A DNA stretch of 64,000 nucleotides from Orbicella franksi. Its lineage: Eukaryota. Both the position numbers and the translations under genes were made by a program. Below are positions 26,101 through 38,100 of the stretch, piece after piece. The notes below the pieces were generated by a model. It worked only from the letters and a program-made list of their open reading frames with translations. It ran no database searches and had not been told where the DNA came from. The stretch is taken from positions 13,454,001 to 13,518,000 of the forward strand of contig OZ116700.1 in assembly GCA_964199315.1 (NCBI GenBank), given 5' to 3'. Each line of letters opens with the position of its first letter. Within the stretch, counting starts at the first letter, position 1.

Positions 26101-29100
26101 GGAGAAAAGATTGTTCACGACCCGAACATGCGTGACCTGGAAAAAACACTGGTAACTAACGAGAAAGCATCCATCATTGGACAATGGCAAGGACTCCTAT
26201 CAAATACAGAAGCCACCAGAAACAGGTACGAGCACTGTCTGCTAAAATAGCTTTCCATGGAGTTTTAGATTTATCTAAGCAGACGCGTCAACGTAAATAA
26301 AAAGATACATTTTTTGACGTCTGGATTTGTAAAAGTTGCCAGGAAATGATATGGCCGGTAACCAATCAGGAGCCGAGAAAGACAATGGGCTATCGTTTGG
26401 AGAACAATGGATGCTATTGCTCATTAAATCCAAGATGGCGCCTTGAAAAATCGGACCAATCAGGAGCCGAATTAAGAATTCAAGATGGCGGCGCCCACAA
26501 AAGTCGGCCATGTTGGAAAACAGCCCACCAGCCTCGACGGAGGACTGGGATCGGTCTCACGGATTTCCATGGCGACACAAATCACGCCAGGGTCACGCAA
26601 GTGGCCATGATGAAGACTGAAAGACTTGGGTCCGACTGCAGCTTAGATAGGGTGGTACAAAGCATGGTGGGACAATGACCTCATCGGGAACCAATCAGAA
26701 TGAATTAAAGTACTTACAGTGGTTGGCTTCCCCAGTCCCCCTCTCTTAAGGAGAGCACTAAATCCCGAGCGTGTCGATAAGTGGGGCACTCCCCGTGGTA
26801 TTAATTTTCTCGGTAGAGATGAAAAAAGGAAGGGGGTACTTCCGAAAGTCAATGATCACACAGAATTGAAAATGAAAAAAACTATTTTTCATCACTGAAC
26901 AAAGGGTAACAAATCCAGTAACTTACTTGTTTTCCCATGATCCCTTCCATTACGATTCAATTCTGTGTGATCATTGACTTTCGGGGGTACCCCCTTCCTT
27001 TTTTCACCTCTACCGAGAAATACCTCGGGGAGTGCCCCTCTCAGTCTTCATCATGGCCACTTGCCGGACGGACCTCTGTGGTTTAGGACTACAGGACACT
27101 GTAAGTATCGATTTTGAAGTTGCATGACATTATTTTGCGTGACCCTGGCGTGATTTGTGTCGCCATGAAAATCCGTGAGACCGATCCCAGTCCTCCGTCG
27201 AGGCTGGTGGGCTGTTTTCCAACATGGCCGACTTTCGTGGGCGCCGCCATCTTGAATTCTTAATTCGGCTCCTGATTGGTCCGATTTTTCAAGGCGCCAT
27301 CTTGGTTTTGGAGAACAATAGCATCTGTTGTTCTCCAAACAATAGCCCATTGTCTCTCTCGGCTCCTGATTGGTTACCGGCCATATAAGCGTGCATTACT
27401 GCTAATGATATCCTTGCTAGGAACTGGTGTTGTTTCGTGGTGAGTTTGCGATAGTTACTCACCGTTATAGAAAAGATTTTTTCAGTTTTCACTAGCGTGT
27501 CGTAAAATGTCACGTCAGCATTCTGTCCCAAGAATACGCCATGTCACTCAGCCTTTTTAGCACCTTCTGTTGTAAAACCTTGGTTTTGTAAGAAGTTTGG
27601 CGAAACGATTTCGAAGTAACTTGAGTCAGTAATCGTGGTAATTCTTTACCTGAAAGATTGGATAAGCAAATTGAACAACTGGAAAGGGAGCAGCAGGAAA
27701 AGATGAAGATGTGGTCAAAAAAGACTGAGCCTCTGGAGACGTGGCTGGTTAAGAAGGAGACCATCGTGGAGTCTTACGAGCCAATCGGATATGACATCAG
27801 TTATGTAAAGGGACAAAGTGAAGATGCTCAGGTTGGTACTGATTCTCCCGAATCGTGTTCCATTTCTTGAACTCTCAGTCACCAGTAATGGACATGAAAG
27901 TTCTCCCAGTACATCACATACCACACAGGGAACAAAAATTGTGTGAATTTTTTTAACAAAACGTCCAATGATTCATATTGCGTATGTTTTTCAGGCGATG
28001 ATCACAGACCTACTCCACGAGCAGCCGAAGTTCGCTGAGATGACGGACCTCGGTAACCAGCTTACAACCGAGCCTTGTGTAGGATTGGAGGAACGGGTCA
28101 GGATACAGAAAGAGATGCAGTCACTGCACGAGAGATGGGACGGTTTGTATGGATCAGCCACCTCCCGGCACGACAGGTAATGGCTGAAATTTTGAGAAGA
28201 TATTCTTTGCTTAAAATAAAGTTATTTTGGATTAATAAATTGTGACATAAGTCATCAGTACGACGTTCATAGATATTTTCAAGTGTTACACCAAAAATCG
28301 TCTAAGTTATTGAACTGTTGAATTCTTACAATGGACTATTATTGCAAAAAAAGAGTATTTGTGGGGTTGCTTTGCTTTGCGTAGTCCACTCTTTAACACT
28401 GTTTCCATTTATTGTCCTGCTTAAACATATTGTATTATGGCCTTTGGATGGTTTTTGGAAAAATTTCGGTGACGAAAGCAACTATATTCTTGTACCTGAA
28501 CAACTAGGTGTACCTCCTTTAGACGTATAGTCGTCGTGTTGTGATACGAAATTGGTATGGCATAGCTTTTGGTGAACCGCGTTACTTTTACTTTTTAAGG
28601 ATTCAAGAAAGGCTAAGAATATTAGAAGACGAGCAAAGAAAGCTGGAGGAAGAAAGACAAAAATTGGAAGAGGAAGAAAGGCAGAGGAGAGCGGAAGAGG
28701 AGAAGAGACGACAGGAAGAGATTGAAAGAAGACGAAAAGAGGATGAGGAGAGAAGAAAACGGGAGGAAGAGGCAAGAAAACGCAGAGAAGAGGAAGAACG
28801 AAAACGGAAAGAAGAAGAGGAAAGGCTACGAAGAGAGGAGGAAGAGGAAAGGAAAAGGAAGGAAGAAGAGGAAAGAAAACGAAGGGAAGAAGAGGCGAGG
28901 AAAAGAAGAGAAGAGGAAGAGACAGCAAGGAAAGAGGAAGAAGAAAGACGAAAGCGCGAGGAAGAAGAAAAAAAGCGAAAGGAAGAGGAAGAACGTAAGA
29001 GGCGGGAAGAAGAAAGAAAAAAGAGAGAGGAAGAAGAACGAAAGAGAAGAGAGGAGGAGGATAGAAAGCGGAAGGAAGAACAAGAACGACGGAAAAGAGA

Positions 29101-32100
29101 GCAAGAAGAGCGACGGAAGAGGGAAGAAGAAGAACGAAAGAAGAAGGAGGAAGAGAAAAGGAAGCAGCGCGAGGAAGAGGAAAAAAAGAGAAAAGAAAGA
29201 GAAAGGAAACGAAAGGAAGAAGAGGAAAAGAGACGTCAGGAGGAAGAGGAACGGAAAAGAAAGGAGGCTGAAGAAAAACGAAAGAAAGAAGAGGAAAAGG
29301 TTGGTTGTATTGACAGTAAATATCTTAACTTTTCAAGCATTACCAGACTTTGCCTCGTTGTTGTCCATGCTCTGCTTGTTCAAAGGATGGATAAAGCCTT
29401 CCACCGTCCACTCTATAGAGATTTATACGGTGGATAGCGTTATCCAGCCTTTGAACAACTGTGCCCCGCCAAATAGCAGGTTAATGTCCTGGGTTGTGCA
29501 TATTAGCGTAAGTTTTTGAGTCCAAAATTCATGAAGCGTGATTGGCCGCTTCGGAAATGAACGAAAGCAAATCTCGGGTTCCGCGTGGCGACGTGTAAAT
29601 TCATGGTCAAGTAAAAACCCTCACTTCTTTTCGAAGCCAAAGTTTGTCTTCCGAGGCGCTATACTCGTAAAGGGATAAACATGTATGTTGAAGACTTTAT
29701 CACACCCATGGTCATACGGGATCAAAATGTTTGAAGTAATATATCAAACACGAAAGACCGTGTTTGACCACATTTCCAAACACCGAGAGGACAGTTGAAA
29801 ATACGACGCGTAGCGGAGTATTTTTGACGAACTTCGAGGTGTTTGGAAATGTGTTCAAACACTGTCTTGAGTCTTTGATATATCTTCTCAATCGAAACTA
29901 AAACTAAGAAGATCAGATATCCAAACACCGTCACGGTCGTGATTTCCTTTGTTTAAATTTAATGAATTATTAGTGAGTTTGAGAATGTTGTTTCAATTCA
30001 GACAAAAGCTTTCGCTTATATCGCACCTCAACCTCGCGTTCAGCTGGTTGAGCAGGAGCCAAGACTGTTCAGCAGTCCAGTGGACGAAGTTATTGTGTCT
30101 GTTGACGAGAATGTTGTCGAGGCGGCAGCAGAACCCGATGGAATTGTATTAGATGGAAGGCTACAGGACTGGAGAAACGAGGCAGAGAAAATGAAGGCGT
30201 AAGTACCGGATGACTAGTCACATAAATTTTTTGTATCGATAGTGAAAGCATAATAACCAAACTCAGTTGCAGAAGAAAAATTAATTTACTTGGTTGTCAT
30301 TCCATTGAAGCCCTGATTGATGTTGTCGTTTCCGGTTTTCGTTGTTGTTGTTGTTGTTGTTGTTGGGTAAGTTTCTTTATTTGCAAAGATGATTTCTGTC
30401 CTTAGCTCATGACATTTATATTCTTCACTTCATCACTTGCCATACTTATTCCTTATGATGTTCTCTGGCTGTTACTCTGGTTATTATCTCCTGGTAAAAT
30501 TTCTATTGAGATCGTGAATCCGGGGGCCACTGGTTTCTCAAGCGCTACATTGATGAAATAAAGTTAAACTCGTTGAGAAATTCAGTAACATTTCGCGCCA
30601 CTTACCCCAGCGCATTGGTCACACACCTTACTATTAAGCCGTCCATGAGTTGTATTTTGAATTCAATGCAATTTGGCCAGTTGTCCAAACGTAGTCGGTA
30701 TTGCCTCTTTTTAGGTGGATAAAGGATCAAGACAACACACTACCCGAAGAATCCGACGAGGACAACATTGCAACTCTTATTGAGAAAGAAGGCAAAATTG
30801 CGGTGAGCTGCAGGCATTTACACTGTCATATGAGTTAGGAAAACCAGAAAATTAGAAAACACATTTCATAAGAGAAACTATTCACTGATGACATTCCCAA
30901 GCAAGGCGTTGTTCAGGAGGCTACATTTCTTTTTTCAATTAAAGTTTCTTTTGGTTCAAAAGACAAGTATGTTTTTCAGCATGGATTTAAACTTTCATTG
31001 CTTCTATCTCCCTATAGAATCTTGAGAGGGAACTACCTGTCTATGATAAACGCTACCGTGATCTGGATAGAGACTTTGAAGAGCTCATTAGCGACAAGAA
31101 TATAAAAGAAGATCAACGGGAAGAAATCGTCGAAGACATGGATAACGTCAGAGATCTCTGGCATTCTTTGAACAAGAACAAAGATACCAAGAAAAATAGG
31201 TAACGACAATGGCTAAGGGACCAAATGAGATCTATGAAGTCGTTCGCAGACGCTCTTTTGACCGCGTCAAATATCTCGCCAGTAGCTTAACGAAGGCTTG
31301 CATGGGAAGCTTTTAGCTATCTGGTTAAGATTTGATTACACATGACTTTGCCAGCTGCATGAGTCAGTCTGTTATAACGTTTTCACAGAAGTTCTGTAAT
31401 CGTTGTTGGTTTTGTAGCCCTTTATGCTAATTCTATGTTTTTTGTTGTTTTTGTTGTTCTGTTGACATGTCTGTAACGATCTTCAATAGATTGATTGATT
31501 GATTGATTTTACAGATTTGTCAGTAATCCAAATAATTAAATGACAAACCTTGAAAACGAAGGCCAGGATTTCTAACGTGAAGACTGTGGATTCCTTTTGT
31601 GTAGAATAAAGAAAATGATCTGGGATGAAGAACAAAAGAAAGCTGGGGAGCTCGCGGGATGCCGTGTAAACTTACAAGCTGTGAAGGACTGGATAGAACT
31701 ACGAGATAAAGAACTTGAGGCCATGGATCCCATTGGAATTGATCTAAAAACGTTAGTCAGGCAAAAGGAAGACATGAAGGTATCATAAGAAATGTTTAAG
31801 GATATCTTTTGGACACTGTTTGTAAGCTAAAAGTCATGGGCATACTTTTTTTTTGCCGTCTCTGTCTCGACCAATTGGGACCAATTATAGAGCGTCTGAT
31901 CACTCACGTGGCCGGCACACAAGCAAATTTACTGAAACAAAAGAAAGTGTTTACATAAGAAAGAATTCAACTCCCACAGGATTGGTTTAGTACGATAACA
32001 TGGCCGCCGTTTCATTGTTTGGGAACACCAATATGGCCACCGTAACTTCATGTGAAAACGCTCTGTAGGAGACATGCTGTTCCAGCTTTTAACAGTCACA

Positions 32101-35100
32101 TACTAAACCAAAATCAGTCGTCCTCTCCCGCTTGGCGCTTGTGGTGTGCCTTTGCCTTGAACTCTTATTGCATGGTTTCTTATGTTATTTACTTCGATTA
32201 CGTCCATGCCTTTTTACGGCAGTCATCAAAAGGTCGCGCCATTTTACAGCACGTCGAAGTTCATGTACTTAGTCCCCACTTCACTTAATATATACATTTG
32301 GTCGGATGACTTGATTGTTAATCACGATTTCCTTCTCAGAGCGCCACTGTGAGACCTTTGTCTTTTTTTTTTTCCTTCGTAGCAATTCTCTAAGCGACTA
32401 AATGACTACGAGCCAAGATTTACAGAAGCAACAGATTCTGCCTATAGGTTATGTAAGGACCCTGCCTTTTCTGATGAGCAAAACAAAGTTCTTCGACAGG
32501 ACGCAGAAGACTGCGAAACACGATGGGATAATGTGTTGGAGAAGGTCAAAGACCGCATGGACGAGTAAGTAACTGATTTTTTACCTTGAGATTTTACTCA
32601 GTACATGGGACGCACAGTCACAGGTATCCCAAGTCCCTTGGGAGTCCTGCACATTATATTATATGGAGAGGAAAACACTGAAACTAAAACTCGTCGATAT
32701 CGCCTTGAAACGGTCCCAAAACGCCCCAAATACTGTGTAAGGTACTGAATTTCTTTTCCATATTTTGAACTGATATATTCGATCGTTACATTTCCATGCA
32801 ATCTCTTATATTCATCCTGTTATTAATGTTCCCAAGCAGCTTGGGATACCTGTGGTTTAATACCGTGGGAAGTTTGAAATCGCTTTACTAGATTTTAAAA
32901 AAAGATGTTGCCTATCTTGAGTGAAAAATGTTCTGCTTTTTGTTTTTGCTGTTGTCCTTATTTCACCAACCCGGGGTCGATCGTGCTGTTGAGTTTGCGA
33001 AGAGAGTTGTTACATTTCCTTTATTTTTCCCGCAGAATTGTTAGAAAGATCCCCAAGCTTCAAAAAGACCAGAAAGAACTTTTGGAAGAATGGAAAGATA
33101 GGTCCTCTCGCTTCGACAAATCTCTCAAGAAAACAGAAGAAAAACTCAAGGAACAGATATCCATTGGAAGAGAGGTAACCATCGGAGTTATGTGTGCATT
33201 ACCTTCAAAGCCGTGAGAGATCATTTCGGAGGAGTTTTGTTCTTTAACGTTTTCAAACGGCATTAATCTCGATTCGAGTTGTTGATAAGTATCTAGCAAT
33301 CTTTTAAAGCACGCAGGCGATAATAGTTGATCTCAATAAGCGATGGCCTAACAGATGTCGACCAATTTAACTGCCGTGAAAAAAATTGGGAAAATACTCC
33401 ACTGGAACAATTCAGCCAACTGAACCAAAATCGGTTACCGTTAATTCCTTGCTTCCTCAGAGCTGAGATGAAACGCTTACTTTACTCAAACATATTTACT
33501 AAATTTAATATAACTGACTTAAGTAAGGTGATTTTTATCAATAATGACTATTCTAATTCCGACATTTTCTTATTTCATCGCAGATTGGCTTTGAAAAACG
33601 ATTCTCTGAGATCAGGTCTCCAGAACTGACTAAAAGACAAGGAGAAAATAACAACGAGTGGAAACCATCAGTTGACGAGTCCAATGCTAGCCTAAGAAGG
33701 TAAGTATCAGTACTGACTATTGGCAAACCTAGTACTGTATGTAACTGGCTGCTCTTTTCTGGGACAACAAAACTTCAGCAAGGTACTGATATACTCGTAC
33801 TTCGTGTTCACCATCTTTTTTATAATGTTACACACTTATGTAGTTCTCTTATCCATGGCAATATTTTTACTCCTTCAGTTCATTACATTAACATTTATTT
33901 TTCAGAGTTAAAGAAAAGCTTCAAGACATCCAGCGAGACAAGAAAAACCGAAAGTGGTCGATCATCGAGGCGCTGAAAGATGTTATGCATTCCATAACAA
34001 CCAGGTTTCGCGGCGATTCCAAATCTGGAGTCCATCTTGACAAGGTGGTTGACCTGTTGGAAGACCATGAGGTGAAGAGAGTTTTAGCCCTGGTTACATA
34101 GCGTCTAAGATAGACCTCGTGCAATTTTGTCCCGATTGTATGTTTCCTTCTTGAGTTGATGGAAAGAGTTAGGAAGTTCGTTGCCAGAATCGGTTGTCAA
34201 AAGGTCTGACAACACGTTTCACTGGACAGAAAGAATCAGCCAAGCAGGTTTATCCCATGAAAACTCGAAAACATTAGCTCGAATGCAGTTTACAGTGATT
34301 GGGTCCAGAATCCTGTAACCACTTTTTTAGGCTCCATTTTACCTAGCATTCGACACTTTCAAATATAGTCTTTCTTTTCCATTAATTGAAAGTTGTATTT
34401 TTAGGACATCATGACTGATACATCATCAAAACAGAAGGACGCTGATGAACTGATTGCCTTGAGCGAAAACGCTCTCGAGAGCGGCATGTTAGAAAATGAC
34501 CAAGCCAACGATGTTCATGATCGGATGGCAGACTTGAATCACCGATGGAATGGATTAAACATTGACGTCATTGAGCGTGAGAAAAGGTTGGTCTTCGTTA
34601 GATCGTTTCTTTTTTAAAATTTGAATGCTATAGTTTTGAAAACAAACTTTCGGTATCGTTGGGATAGGTCGATTCTAAATTCAAGTTCATTTAATTGTTT
34701 ACACCTATTTCTATTACAGCAAAATGTCTTGCGTTAACGACACTGAAGAAAATAAAATAAAACAAATGCCAAATTACATTAAACAAAAAATAAGTGTGTA
34801 GAGGCCACAGAAACACAAGCTTCCGAGTTGCTCACTTCGACAGTGAATATATTCAAAACTAATTTTAAGCAAAGTTTGATAGCCAAATATTTATCCCATC
34901 AGTACAGCACAGTACGTAGTATTTTGTCCATAACATACGGCGCAATTAAAGAAACTGTAGTAACATTGGTGTTCCTTTTGAAAACATTTATGTATTCCAG
35001 CGTATAGAAATTAGAAATTTTAATTGAGGCCCTCAAACAGTGTAACATCCACGCATCATTGAACGTATTTGGACCGTGTATCCCGGTAGTCTTGAGATTA

Positions 35101-38100
35101 TGAAATCAAGCTTCTGTGTAATAACAGAATCCTTATATAACACTTCAGTCTCAATGCTAACAATGCCACTTATGTCGGCATTTATTAACGTTTCCCGTTC
35201 TACAATAAATGGCGAGATCACTGATTCTTTGTTAGGCATTTTATAACATCTAAGGATAAAAAGTGAATCCACATTTCACCTATAAAACGGTGATTACCCT
35301 TCCACGCAGTCTCCCTCATCGTTAAAATATCGTACACCACACACTGACTTGTTTTGGTTTGGCTGCCCATTAATTCCTTCTTTTGTCTCCTGTGTTTTTC
35401 TCATTGTTGCTGATATTTTTTTTTTCACTTGTGAACTTTTTTTATTTGATCATGTCAAGATAGTCAACGACATTGTTCGAATTCCGCAGTGACAAAGAAA
35501 ATCACAACAAATGTCCCTGTAAACAGCCTCCGCTTCTTCTGTAAACGTAAATGCCAAGCTCAAATATTTGCCGTGATTAACTTGAATGCGATGTTGATTT
35601 ACATTTGCGTGACCTAGACGCATTTGAATGTGCATTCCCAGGTTGTCAACGCGTTCTACGCACGAAAACGTGTTAAATACAACGTGACATCGAGATTTTA
35701 GCTCATTATGGAGCGCGATGATAACGATTTTGAGAAGTCGCTGGCTCTTGCCTCCGCCACAGCCGACTTAATGCAGTACAGGTACATCCCATAACAATTA
35801 TGCAGATGGTGCAAATTGTAGTCTTAATTGAATATGTTACGCCAGGTACAGTGTACATGCATTCTCGCACAACTGTTTTAAACGTGTTACCTTTTATAGC
35901 GATTCACCCAGGCGCTATTTTAAAAAGATAATTCCATTACTAAAAGTCCACATAACGGAAACGAAAGGCTGTAATAACATTATGGAGTTATGCTGCGTCG
36001 ACGATTTCTGAGATATAAACATCTGTTGTGTCTGGATTTTCCTTGATTTTGCCAACAATTTTAGTTCTTGCTCTTAACTACACTATGAAACGAGCTTTAG
36101 TGAGGTTAGATACGTTTTCGACTGTAAGGTTCAAACTAATTTTGAAACAGGAATTATACGAATCTTTTGACAGGTCTCTCATAATTTCGGACATGTTTAA
36201 ATAACAGTGCCTTAACTACAAGTGTTAAATATCTTCGCGCTAATTGAAAACTTGAAAATACGCTGGCATGTTTAAATTACCCGCCGCTGATAAAGACTGT
36301 AATGTACTGTTGGAAAAAAAAAAAAAACATACATGACCTTGCGTAAATTGTGGGAGAAGATTCACTATAACGCACTGATGGCGTGTTATCGATATGAGAG
36401 ATTCCAATGTTGACCAACGTCTAAGTTTTCCGCACGATGTCAGCGCACAGACGGCATTATCCTGATGAAACACCAAGATGTTGAACCTTCAACCAAGGTG
36501 ATATCTGACAATCACCAATCACTACAGCCAGTAAATATTGTGATAAGCAGGCTAAAATGGATCAAATAACGATACGTTGTCTTTTGTAGGCTGGAGCAAC
36601 TTGCCCAAGATATCGAGAGCGAGTACAAGAGGTTCGACTCCTGGCGTGACAAATGCGACAACATGAATCAGTGGCTCACTGAATCGGAGAAACTGATTAA
36701 AAACGAAGAGAAGATTGGATCTGACATAGACGTTCTTCAAGAGCAGATTAAGGACAACCAGGTTGGTTTGAAGTCTTATACCATGCCATAGAAAATACAG
36801 CCAATCAGAATACAGGAAAGCCGTCGCTTACCCCACGGTATTCTACCCAACCTTCCCATCGTGTGCTGCTCGTATGTCGCATTGATTGTATTGGGCACTG
36901 TATTTTCAACGGCATGGTACTAGTGTCTCGTGGGATATTACTTGGTATACCATTCGAAAGCGTTGCGTAAATAGCATTTATCATTGTTCAAGACCATGAG
37001 TCCTCTTCAACCATGCACATGAAAAAAACAAATGATCATTTAAAATACGAGTTCACCATCCGTTTTAATATTAGTCCCACCTATTTAAGAAAAAAACAAT
37101 TTTGTCACTCTGTAACTAATCGGTATTAACTTGAAATTATGTAATGGTACATTGCTATAATTTGGAGAGTTTTTTCCTATCTAAATATGATACGGTTGTT
37201 AAAAATGAACTAAAATATTACAATGTACAATGGTAGACCTTTGTTTGCTTTGGCGAAAACATATATACAGAAAAAATACATTTCGCTGGGTAACACTTGT
37301 AAGGACCTAAGGTAAACCTTTTGCATAGCTGCAAGATTTTGTTTGATTGTCTCTGGCTTAGTCACCTTACATGATGTATGTGCTCGTTACCCACAGCTCT
37401 TTCTGAATGAAGTAAAGGAGTACGAGCCAAAAGTTAACGCGATGGTTCAGGAAAGCCAGGACCTCGTTGACAGTAGCAAGCTGGATAAAACGGACATTGA
37501 TGGAGTTGATAAAACCAAGAATGCCCTTAATTCAAGATGGAAGGCTGTCAATGACCATCTCAAAGAGCGGCAGCAAAAGTTAGTGATGCGCTGATAAACA
37601 CTGTCATTGATAAAAACAACAAAACTGTTAACAGCTTAACATTCAATTAGGTACCATTTAAGGGTTTTCTCTATACTGGTAAATTCTCAGCTCACTTTGA
37701 AGTGTGATAACAAACAATCTAGGCTGCAAAACAGTCGTATTTTTTGCGAATGCGGACGACGATCAATATTCGCAGGAAAGGTCTGAAGCGAATGTAAAAA
37801 CGGCGAGGGAGATTGGGAAGAGACGCTAAAAAATACAGTCGTTTTCTCGCCTCGCACGCCCTTCGGCCGTGTGAGGCTCGCGCGCTTCACACGCGAGGAT
37901 CGAGCTTACGGCGCTTCGCGCCTTCCGAAAACGTCCAAAAACGACTGTTTTGCAGTCTACAAACAATGAAGCTCCCCGCGAGACACGCCTTACGTCAGAA
38001 CTGAAAGGCTGCAGGTAGCTAGCATTTATCATTTATATTGCTATGGAAACCAGATGCCTGCGATAGCGGGGAAATTCTGAGGAATATCAAGTTATCGTTT

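Noticed and set aside
26346-27350. Two near-identical ORFs on opposite strands (26346-26678 +, 27051-27350 -)
   Set aside because: They are mirror images produced by the palindrome, with no recognisable domain. They are evidence for the foldback, not genes.
28482-29519. Long alternative-frame ORFs over the SAH exon (28722-29519 +, 28482-28928 -, 28826-29104 -)
   Set aside because: These are shadow frames of a purine-only low-complexity tract that rarely forms stops. Only the E/R/K frame joins the neighbouring exons in phase.
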